Assembly (NCBI GenBank): GCA_051313645.2
Contig: JBNRSN020000006.1
Location: forward strand, 223,262,001-223,326,000
Length of the DNA stretch: 64,000 bases
Origin: Centroscyllium fabricii
Taxonomy: Eukaryota
Direction: 5' to 3'
A model generated the notes under the pieces. That model was not told the DNA's origin. It saw only the letters and a program-made list of their open reading frames with translations, and searched no databases. Both the position numbers and the translations under genes were made by a program. Every line of letters starts with the position of its first letter. The first letter of the stretch is position 1. Of the stretch, positions 50,510-61,300 are shown piece after piece.

Positions 50510-50880
50510 TTGAACCACTGCAGTCTTATTGTTTTTCGTAGCGGTTGTTTACAACTGAGTGGCTTGCTAGGCCATTTCAGAGGCCATTAAGAGTCAACCA
50601 CATTGCTGTGGGTCTGGAGTCACATGTAGGCCAGACCAGGTAAGGACGGCAGATTTTCTTCCCTAAAGGACATTAATGGAGCAGATGGGTTTTTGCAACA
50701 ATCGACAATGGTATCATGGTCGCCATTACTAAGACTAACATTTAATTGCAGAATTAAATTGAATTGAATTTAAATTCCACCAGCTGCCGTGGTGGGATTT
50801 GAACCCATATCCTCAGAGCATTTGACTGAGCCTCTGGCTTACTAGTCTAGTGACATAACCACTACGTCACCGCCTCCCCC
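50510..50880 (-). mobile_element. tRNA-derived SINE (second family)
   Basis: Reverse strand begins GGGGAGGCGGTGACGTAGTGG (A box) and has GGTTCAAATCC (B box). Confidence 0.7.
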
Positions 50881-52359
50881 TGCCACTGGACACAATAGTC
50901 ACCCCCTCCACCACTGGCACACTGTGGCTGCAGTTTGTACTATCTACAGGATGCACTGCAGCAACTCACCAAGATTACATCAGCGCATCACTCCACCCCC
51001 ACTCGCCCACCTCCCCCCGCACCCCCCTCCCCCACAACACACCTCTGCTGCCAGGAAGGCCAAAAGCAGCAATGTCGTGGAAACACCATCACCTCCAAGT
51101 TCCCCTCCAAATCACCCACTACTTGACTTGAATGTACACCAACATTCCTTCATTGTCACTGGATCAATATCCTGGAATACCCTGCTTAGCACTATTGTGG
51201 GAACACCAAGGACTGCAGCAGTTCAAGCAGAATGCCCAGCACTACCTTCTTAGGACGGGTAAGGATAGGCAATAAATGTGGTCTTATCAGTGTCACTCAC
51301 GTCACAAGAACAAAACTTTAAAAAAAATAATGAATGTATTTAATTCATAAGCCACTAGGTTGAACCATGAATAAGATTTTTTTCTGCACTTTGCTCGCCA
51401 CTGCACTTACAACCTACTGGCATTTACAACCGATTGAGGATATTTTTAAGGAAATCTCACTGGATTCAATGCAAATAAGTGAATTAAAGTATTTGAAAGA
51501 TGCTGAACACACAGAACCATAACAAACTAAAATGTCTTACGTAAATGTGTTCACCACCTGGTGACTTGTCACTCTCTGATGTAGGTAAAGCAAGAATTGG
51601 TGTGCAGAAGCAATTAGATAGTTGCACTTTGTGCATGTTTTACAGTTTCAAGGCTTGTGACCAGAACATGGCCTTTCAAGTAAAGATTACCATGAACATA
51701 TTATGCAAGTACAGTATCAAAGAAAATAGCACAACAGAAAAATATCTTTACTTCCTTTTTAACTAAAAACACTGGGACAAACATCAGTCTTCGAGAGAAA
51801 CTCGAATGAATTGTCCAACCAGGGACCGGAAAATGGCTTGGAACCCAGTTCCGCTAGGAATCCATCCCATGTTTTCGTTCTGCCAATTTCTGGTGGTGGG
51901 GGGGGTTCCATGGGAAAATCCTTCTGCTACCTGCGCCCCCCCCCCGCCAACCAATCAAAGGGGCATGGCTGGGGGAGTTTGCAGGCTTTTCTGGGATATC
52001 CGCCCCATGTGCCTTCATGGAACTCTCACAGCTGAGAGCAGTCGTGAGTTGCCCTGAAGCCTTACAAAAGGCCCAAATCATCCTGCGGCAAAAGTTTATC
52101 AATCCCCGAAAGGTTCAATTAACCTCATTGGCTCCTATCAGAGCTGAAGTTACTCATCTTCAGTACAATTTGGCTCTCCCCAGGCCTCTTCTCCAATCCC
52201 GATTTCCCTGATGTATACCAATGACCTTACCCCTGTCACTTGGAACTGGGTGTGGGATTCTCTGCTCAACCACTCTTCCATCAGCAGAGAGCAGCCTTAT
52301 CAACATTTAGGGGCCATTTTCTCTTTGATTGTACCTTAAGTTATCAAAATGTTACATAC

Positions 52360-52498
52360 CAGGCCTGGAATTCTGGCGTACAACTCCTTCATACTGTTCT
52401 TGTGTAAATATAGGTAGATTGTCATTTATATCTTGAACTAAAATTGTCACAGTGACAGGTCCTTCGACTGTCTCTTGTTTTACATTTAGGCCTTCTAT
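52360..52498 (-). CDS. cdh17: Cadherin-17 coding exon (EC1/EC2 junction, DINDN motif)
   Basis: 139 bp, tttag|ATAGAA...GGCCTG|gtatgt. IEGLNVKQETVEGPVTVTILVQDINDNLPIFTQEQYEGVVRQNSRP(G) carries the cadherin DxNDN motif and the CDH17-like VRQNSRPG. Phase 0/1. Confidence 0.93.
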
Positions 52499-53714
52499 CT
52501 AAAAACAAAGAAACCATGACAACAATGAATTACAAAGTTCTGTTGACCAAGTGGATAAAAGCATGCAAGGAGACAATTCAAACCTGTCACTCCAGCACCA
52601 ATTGCCTTGGAGAGCTGCCCACTTACTTCCATTCCCCTGCCCTTTATTTATAAAATCTAGAATCCCATTGTTATTTTTTACAGTTTTATCAACTTGTTCC
52701 CCTACTTTTAATGTTCTGTGTATCTTAACAAGTCTCTCTGCTGTTCTACTTCTTTTAAAGTTTTACCATTAATAAAGGGAAGAGCAGACACAGAATCACT
52801 TTGGGTAGAATTAACAGATGGTAACAGAGGTAAACTATTACTCAGGGTATGCTCTAGCTCTAGATCCCACTCAGAGTCAAAGTAAGGACACAACAATAGT
52901 AATTTGAGATTTCAACTTAACTTGGACAATAATGGCCTTGGGTGGGAACGCAGCAAAGCGAACAGCTTGCACATCTGGGAGCAGAAGGCAGGCTAAGATG
53001 ATTAAAACCCACCTCTTTGACCAAGCTTTTGGTCAGCTGTCCTACTTTCTCCTCTGGTGTCAAATTTTGTTTCATATGGCCCCTGTGAAGCATCTTGGGA
53101 CATTTTTACTGCTATAAAGGTGTGATACAAATACAAGTTGGTGCTGGTGCTGGTGTTAACGGGCAGGCCACATGAGCATGCCGCTTTCGACTTCCCAACC
53201 AAAATGCCGGGAAGTCGGCGACAAGCAGTTGCCGCCTGTTAAAATTGATAAAGTCGGAGGCAGCGGCTGGGGACCCAGGGAATGGTCCCCAACACAAGGT
53301 AAGTGGCTGCAAGAGCTGTGGGAGGGGAATCGTGGTCGTGGGTGGGGGCGTGGGGGAGGGGCGAGGGAAGCCCAGCTCCAGGGTTCCTTGGGGGACCTGG
53401 AAGTGCAATGGGTGACAGGCTAGTGGAAGAATTGAATGAAAGTAAGTTCTCCAAACTCCAACGGCTAGCAGTTGCTCCCAATCTTCCAAAGAGGAAGGCA
53501 GTTAATTAGGATCATGATTATGATGGAGTCTCCATTTAAACCCAAAACAAACAATTAATTGGCCTTGAATTTCCTCCGTATTTGCACCCAGAGACAAGCG
53601 TAACCAGATTGTATATCAATTATGCAGCTTTAAAAAATGCAATATTTTGGGTGTAGGTGAGTCAGTGCGTAAGTAGAATGTACTCAAAGCTCCTCAATCT
53701 TTTATGGCCACAAG

Positions 53715-54350
53715 CACGGGATGATGGGTGAGCGGGACTTGGAGCGAGTTAGGACACAGGCAGCAGAGTTTTGGATGAACTCAAGATTACGTAACGTAGA
53801 ATGTGGGAGACCAGCCAGGAGTGTGTTGGAATAGTCAAGTCTAGAGGTAACAAAGGCATGGATGAGGGTTTCAACAGCAGATGAGCTGAGACAGATCTCT
53901 CTGCCTGAATACATCTCTGCCCATAATACTGGCTCCGCCCTCAAGTTACAGAGCCTCATATGCGAGGTTGCTGCAATTGCGTTTCCTCGAGGCTCTCTTA
54001 AAATTATGACCAGATTTTCAGGCAACAACAACTTGTATTTATATAGCACCTTTAACATAGTAAAACATCCCAGGGTGCTTTACAGGAGCGTTATGAAACA
54101 AAATTTGACACTGAGCCACATAAGGAGCTATTAGGGCAGAAGAGTTAGGTTTAAAGGAGTGTCTTAAAGGATGAAAGAGAGGCAGATAGGTTTGGAGAGG
54201 GAATTCCAGAGCTTAGAGCCTAGGCAGCTGAAGGTATGGCCACCAATGGTTAAGCGATTAAAATCGGGGATGCTCAAGAGGCCAGAATTGGAGGAGCGCA
54301 GATATCGCAGAGGATTGTAGGGCTGGAGGAGATTACAGAGATAGGAAGGG
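53715..54350 (-). mobile_element. L2 LINE 3' fragments
   Basis: ETLIHAFVTSRLDYSNTLLAGLP and APSYL...LRSS...KLWNSL motifs, and tail GGTGCTATATAAATACAAGTTGTTG. Confidence 0.8.
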
Positions 54351-54532
54351 GCAGGTTTTAATCGATATGATGGGGTGGGGTGGGGGGGGGCAGCATTGTG
54401 CGGAGAGGCCCCGAATGATATTGGTGCCCAGGGTTCCAAGAGTTCTTAATTTTCTATTTCTGTATCCGCAACAACATAAAGCAATGTTTCAATAATGAGA
54501 ACTTTCTTCTTCATAAATTAATTTCTGTTTAC

Positions 54533-54670
54533 CTGTAACTTGTAGACTGCTTGTTGCTCACGGTCCAGGGACTCGTTGCAATACAACCACCCATCCTGTT
54601 CAATGTGGAACATGTTGGCTGTGTCACCAGTCATTCTAAATGACTTCACATCAGTGTTGGTTGCCTGAAA
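54533..54670 (-). CDS. cdh17: Cadherin-17 coding exon (EC1, LDRE motif)
   Basis: 138 bp, catag|TTTCAG...TTACAG|gtaaac. FQATNTDVKSFRMTGDTANMFHIEQDGWLYCNESLDREQQAVYKLQ resembles human FKANPPAVTFELTGETDNIFVIEREGLLYYNRALDRETRSTHNLQ. Confidence 0.92.
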
Positions 54671-56016
54671 CTATGATGAAAGGAAACGGTATACCAGATT
54701 GTAGTTGGTGTGTGTTACAATCAAATATATAGTAAAGGGCCATCTTACTCTAGCACTGACAGTACAAATGACTAATGTGAAAATTCACTTTATCTGTACA
54801 AGTAGCTTAGTAGATAAATGCATTGCTCGGTGTGTTACTCAGGAAAGTTCCAGGTTGGATCTCTGGTCTGTGCTAATTTAGCTGACCTCAGCTGAGGGAA
54901 CAATTGGGGCATGACAATTGGGCACAGTCACCCTGGGATTAAAAAAAGAGAAAATTAAAAAATCAGCTAGGTTTAACACAGCAATGTGGAAATGCTGACT
55001 GCTTGTGACAGCAGCTAATTAACACTATGCATTCGTCCTGCAGGAGAAGACAGTGCACAGTGCCAGGCTACAGGAAGATGATATGCCAATATCCAGTAAT
55101 TGACCCCACATGTAAAGGAAGCATTGCCCATAATTGGCCTGCCAGTTGAGGATGGTGATGTGAGGGTTTCTGTGCCATCAATGAGTTTGTGAAAGCATAT
55201 ACCTTTTGTTTTTCATTCCTCAATCTCTTCACCGGCAATCACTTTCCTCATAAGACATCCACACAGTAGCTGATTAAGACAGAATGCAGTTCAAGGCACT
55301 CCACAGTTAACAGTATTGTTTTATCTTCCAGAGGCTGCAAGCCAGGATACAGCTTTCAAAAGAGCGAGACCTTAAAGTCCCTCCCCTCTGCCTCTAGAAA
55401 CACCAGCAATGGCTTGTGGCGGCGCTACCCAGGGAAGCCACCAGGGCTCCCCCTCTCAGGCATAATCCCCATGCAACGGTCGGTCCCGCCCCCACAGTCC
55501 GATTGGACAACTGGTTTGCCAGCCTCAGTCCCTCAGTGGCCTAAGGAACTGACACTCAGGTCGACTCATGCGCCCCAGAGTGCTTTGCGGATTCGCGGGC
55601 TTTTTCGAACAGTCTTACTGCTGCGCAAATGTAATAAAGTCGTGTTGAACCTGTGCGTCTTTTTACTTCGAAACGCGAGTAGGAAGTCTGCCGACTCCTA
55701 CAGGCTCACCCACCCTGTTATTAAACCTTTACCTTGAATTCAGCAGCCCAGGCACTCACACAAAGCAGTACAGATAGTGTGGATGAGAAAGTGATGTATG
55801 ATGACACAAAACACAAGGAAGCCAAGGGATGCAGTTTTGGAAGTGGGGCCTGATGTAGTTGAGTGGAGGCGTAAGACATGTCAGCTGACATGTCAGCCCC
55901 TGGCTGCACAGCGAACCCATTTGCTCATTTTGTTAACCCTTTTACTCACTGTTCACTGTTTAGAATTGTTTTTACATGATTTGAAACAATTTCAACCAAA
56001 ATTATAAGAGAGTTAC

Positions 56017-56118
56017 CTGATAAATCAGTAAAGGAAGAGAAGATGCCTCAAGAACGCTCAGATTCATTGACTTCAATGGGCCTTTGGGAAAGTCTACATT
56101 AGTTCCAGTGGTTAATAC
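56017..56118 (-). CDS. cdh17: Cadherin-17 coding exon (start of EC1)
   Basis: 102 bp, tgcag|GTATTA...TATCAG|gtaact. Translates VLTTGTNVDFPKGPLKSMNLSVLEASSLPLLIYQ, matching the human CDH17 exon ...FSGPLKPMTFSIYEGQEPSQIIFQ. Phase 0/0. Confidence 0.85.
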
Positions 56119-56289
56119 CTGCAGTTAATATAAAGAAATGAAATCATACATGTGCAGAAACTATTTCTATAGTGCCGTGTCAAGTGCATGCCCCTATTTT
56201 ATAAAGTAGACATCACACCCCTGTCACATTAGGATGCAAATGTATTTCTGTATTTCTGCAAGTTTCCCCCAATGACTACATTGGGAAAG

Positions 56290-57385
56290 AAAGAAAGACG
56301 TGCAGTTATATAGCACCTTTCACAATCTCAGAACGTCCCAAAGCTCTTTGCAGCCAATGAAGTATTATTGAAGTGTAGTTACTGTTGTAATGTAGGGAAA
56401 CGCAACAGCCAATTTGTGCACAGCAAGGTCCCACAAACAGCAATGAGATAAACAACCAGGTAATCTCTTTTAGTGTTTTTGGTTGACGGATAAATATTGA
56501 ACAGAACACAAAGGATAACTCTTCTGCTCATCTTTGAACAGTGCCATGGGATCATGTTCCGGTTCTGGCCGCATCGGCCGCCACGGAGGGGACCTCCTCC
56601 TCGAGGCAAAGCTAAATTGGCCACCATCCGTCCATGAGGAACGCCGGGAGGAGCCCGGCGTGGACGGTAGGATGAGGGAAGGCAGTCGGGAGCGAGCAGG
56701 GCAACGGGGAGCCCGGAGGACTCGGGGAGCCGGCAAGGCGCCGGGACGAGGGCTAGGCCTCAGGCCTCCGGGCGCTGCTCCCGGAGCTCGGCGGACTCGT
56801 GGGAAGCCAGCAAGCTGCATCGGCTGCCATGAAGGGGACCTCCTCGAGGCAAGGGGCCAGGGCCTTCGAACGCAGCCCCCGGAGCCCAGGTTCCGAGAGG
56901 TTTCGGGGGGAGCCCAAGAGGCAGGTCACAGGCCTCCGGGCGCTTCGGAGCTCAGCGGACTCGTGGGGAGGGGCCGGCATGGCGTCGCACCAAGGGGTAG
57001 GCCCAGTGCCTTCGAATGCGGCCCCCGGAGCCCAGGTTTTTCAAGAGGATGCAGAGTGAAACAACAGAAGAAGGTCAGCGAGTGAAACAACAGAAAGGAC
57101 TTTAAGAACTTTAAGGACTTTGCGTGCAGGAGAGGCCGGAGCGGTGCGAGAACGGGACTTGTGATTGATGGTGCTGGTGAGGTGGCTGCCGTCTCACGGG
57201 CTCCAGGCGTGTCGAGCAGCTTAGTGTTCTTTGTTACGCGGTGCGTTCAAACCGTGAAGAAAGCATTTCACTGTCTAGATTGCACTTGTTGTATTTTAGT
57301 ACATGTGACAAATAAAATTGAAATTGAATTTTACATCCATCTGAGAGAGCAGACAGAGCCTTGGTTTAATATCTCATCTGAAAGA
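56290..57385 (-). mobile_element. Deu-domain SINE interrupted by a 775-bp GC-rich insert (56554-57328)
   Basis: The SINE reads through as gtgccatgggatc|ttttacatcc when the insert is removed. Confidence 0.75.
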
Positions 57386-57859
57386 AATTAACTGGAGGAC
57401 ATTATGGCTTGTCCACGACTGAACGTCCAACAAATAGTCATCATCAGTTGGTGTCACCAAGGGGCAGCATGTAGATGTGCAAGAAGAGGGAGCTAAAGAT
57501 CTCTGGGGGACTCCAGAGGTAACAGTGTTGGGGTAGGAAGAGAAGCCATTGCTGGAGATGCTCTGGCTACGATTGAATAGGTAAGAGTGGAAGCAAGCAA
57601 AGGCAATCCCACTGAGCTGGATAATGGAGGAGAGGCATTGCAGGATCGAAGGAAGTTGTTCTGAAGGATGCAAATACAAGAATTAAAGCTGGACTGCACT
57701 TAAAGCAAAAAATGCAGAACCATTAATGAGAACTATTAAAAGATGAACTGTAAGCTTCTCAGAGTAAATTAATCATCTTACTGAAACAAGGCACTGAAGG
57801 GATGCAATTATGACAAGAGACTTATCAATACATAATAACAGTTTCAGGCATCCATCTGG

Positions 57860-58369
57860 GAACATAGGAACAGGAGTAGGCCATTCAGTCCCCCGAGCCT
57901 GTTCTGCCATTCAGTGAGATCATTCCTCATCTGTATCCCAACTCCATCCACCTGGTTTAGCTCCATATCCCTTAATACTCGTATTTAGCAAAATATTAAC
58001 TGAGCTAGCAGCTGCTGATTTTTGTGGGAGAGAGTTCCACACTTCTACCACCCTTTGCATGAGGAAATGTTTCCTAACTTCTCTTCTGAATGGTCTGGCT
58101 CTGATTTTAAGGTTTTGTGCTCTTGTCCTAGACTCCCCCACCAGTGGAAAATGTTTCTCTCTACCCTATCAATTCCTTTCAAAATCTTAAAAACCTCAAT
58201 CAAATCAGCCCTTAACCTTCTATATTCCAGGGTATACAAGCCCAGTTTATGTAATTTCTCCTCATAATCTAATCCTTGAAGCCCTGGTAACATTCTGGTG
58301 AATCTCCACTGCACTCCTTTCAAGGCCAATATTTCCGTTCTGAGGTGCGGTGCCCAGAACTGTACACAG
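57860..58369 (-). mobile_element. CR1 3' fragment, target of Gypsy H
   Basis: [12 protein letters not shown]...LIEVFKILKG...VWNSLP plus a tail. Broken at the CVQFW codons by the H LTR. Confidence 0.88.
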
Positions 58370-61300
58370 TGTAATGTTATTTAAAGATCAGACAGGAGGC
58401 CAACACTAAGTTTCAACGGAGCTTCTTTAATCAGGTCTTATACACTGCCACTCCAAGCCTCAACTGAAGCATGGCTAATATAGCATCGGCTCCCACCACT
58501 CGGATGTGACGTCAGACGTAAGTCAAGCCTGTGCTGTCTTTACGCCAGTCACAGCTATCCTTACATCTCACCCCATCAAGGAGTACATTGTACATAACAC
58601 TTAATTGTAATAACTCAATGAACACAACATATTTACAATAATATACATAGTCATTGTGACTTTCCATAGGAGCCCTTTTCTGGTACCCCTATAACTATTT
58701 ACAGTTCCTGTTTTTTATTACAAGTCCATTCTAATCACAAGTCCATTCTAATCACTGTCCTTCTGGTCCTTTGTGACCTTCTTGTCCTTTGTGACCTTCT
58801 TAGTGGAACCGGTATTTGTGGGGTATTTCCCATTCTGTCTTGTGTCCATCTCTGGACCACTCAGGTCCCTTGTTTCGTGCTCTGTCTGTGAGGTTTCCCT
58901 CATCTCTTCCTCTTCTTCTCCCCCTTCTTGAGGGCAAAATGTCTCACTTGCATTCAGAAGGTGCCTCCTGTTCCTGTGGTACACCTCTCCTGTCTCAGTT
59001 ATAACATTGTAGAATCTGGGAGCAACCTGCTGCAAGACTGTGGCCTTCTTTGACCATGACTCTGGTCCTTGAATCCGAACCATATCGCTTTCCTGTAATG
59101 GTGCTAATCTTGTAACAGTCCTGTCATGGTACGCCTTTTAATTTAATTGCAGCCTTCTGGCCTTGTCCGCCCACCCATCATTTCTTTGGTCTGGTGCAGC
59201 ATAGCAAGGTATTCTTGTTCTTATTTCCCTGCCCAATAAAAGCTCAGCTGGCGACTTGCCACTTGCCAATGGTGCCGCCTTGTATGACATTATTGCCAGA
59301 TACGGATCTGCATTACTGTTTTCTGCTCTTTTCAGTAGTCTTTTGACTATTTGCACCCCCTTTTCAGCCTTTCCATTCGCCTGGGGATAGTGTGGGCTAG
59401 AAGTTATATGTTTGAATTCATATTCAGAGGCAAATGCCCGGAAATCATGGCTGGCATATGGGGGTCCATATCTGATACCAGAGTCAAAGGGATGCCCTGT
59501 CAGAAAAAAATCAATTTCAAATGTGTGATCACACCTCTTGATGTGGTGCTAGGCAACAGGGCTATCTCTGGGTAATTTGAACAGTAATCGATGACGAACA
59601 AATAGTCCTTTCCCCCAAAATGGAACATATCTGTGTGGTAAACCACTAATCTGCCTGTACAGAACATGTCTAGGCATGCCTCAGCTGGCTCCACCCCTAA
59701 GTCCAGGTATAAAGGTGATTGACCTCCAGTCCCCCTGGCTTTAAGGATCGGTCTACCAGCAGAGGAATGCTTGTATTCTTTTGTTAATAAAAGCCTACTT
59801 GTTATAAGTTTAACTCTTAGTCTTTTGGGAGTTATTGATGGCACATCAATTTTATTAACAAAAAGTTTTGAAATGGAGCAAATCCTGAAACTGGAACGCC
59901 TGGAACTGGACCCTCAAACAGCGGATGCATCAAATAACTTTGAGCACTGGCTGAGCTGCTTCGAAGCATTCCTGCAGGCCTCCAGCACTACTGTCAGGAC
60001 CAAAGCTGACAAACTGCTGGTACTGAACTCACGGGTGAGCCAACAAGTATATTCGATTATCCGAGACGCTGCATCCTACACAGACGCTATCGCGATACTA
60101 AAAGAACAATATACTAAGCCAGTCAACGAGGTCTACGCTAGACATCTCCTGGCTACCCGCAAGCAGCGACCCGGGGAATTGGGTGATGAATACCTACAGG
60201 CACTGAGAGTCCTCGGCCAGGCCTGCAAGTGCAAATCGGTGATGGCCATGGAAAATACTGATGACCTAATCAGAGATGCCTACGTCGCCGGCATCAGGTC
60301 TAGCTACACTGGACAGAGACTGCAGAAAGCTGTGGCCCTTGCTAACTCGCTGGATGTGGCCCTCCGAAACATGGACGCCTACCCACCTGACCATGCGGCC
60401 CTCTCCGCCCCATGGATGTCACGGGGGCCGCCATCTTGGGACATGGTAAGGCCACAGGCCTGCGCCACACCACCACCGCCACAGCCCACCAGCAGCCCAA
60501 CTACAGCTGCGATGGCCAGAGGCCCAAAGTGCTATTTCTGCGGCCAGGTCAAGCACCCCAGACAACACTGCCCAGCGAAGGACGCGATCTGCTCCAAATG
60601 CAGAAAGAAGGGACACTATGCTAAAGTGTGCAGGGCGAAACCGACTCCCAACTCCAGCAGCACTGTGTGTGAGCCATGCAGGTCGCCATCTTGGACACCA
60701 CCAGCCGCGTGTGAGCCGTGCGGGCCGCCATCTTGGACATCACCAGCCACGTGTGAGCGGTGCGGGCCGCCATCTTGGATGTCACTTTGGGACCAGGCCC
60801 CCGACTCCCCCACTGCCTCGTGCAAGTGCAACAGCGACACCGACCTCAACGATGGCCTCCATCACCCTGGACCAATCCAGGCCTCACCAACTGGCCAGGT
60901 CCATGATGGACATCAAGGTAGACGGTCACGCAACAAACTATCTATTTGACTGCGGGAGCACGGAGAGCTTTATCCACCCCGACACGGTGCGACGCTACTC
61001 CCTATCAGTCATGCCCACACGCCACCGGTCTCTATGGCCTCCACGTCCCATACGGCGGACGTCGACGGCTACTGTGTAGCGACCCTGACAGTAATGGGCA
61101 CAGAGTACAAAGACTTTAAACTCCTTGTCCTGCCACAGCTCTGCGCTGCTGTGCTACTGGGACTGGATTCCCAGTGCCACCTAGAGAGTGTCACGATGGC
61201 GTACGGCGGGCCCCTGCCCCCACTTACAGTCTGCAGCTGGCAAAATTTAAAACAACCGCCGCGCACAATATGCAGCCTATCCACCCTGAAAGTCAGCCCC

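Noticed and set aside
55250-55353. Candidate cdh17 exon LYPGLQPLEDKTILL on the minus strand
   Set aside because: It runs into a stop without a good donor. The exon at 56017-56118 matches CDH17 much better.
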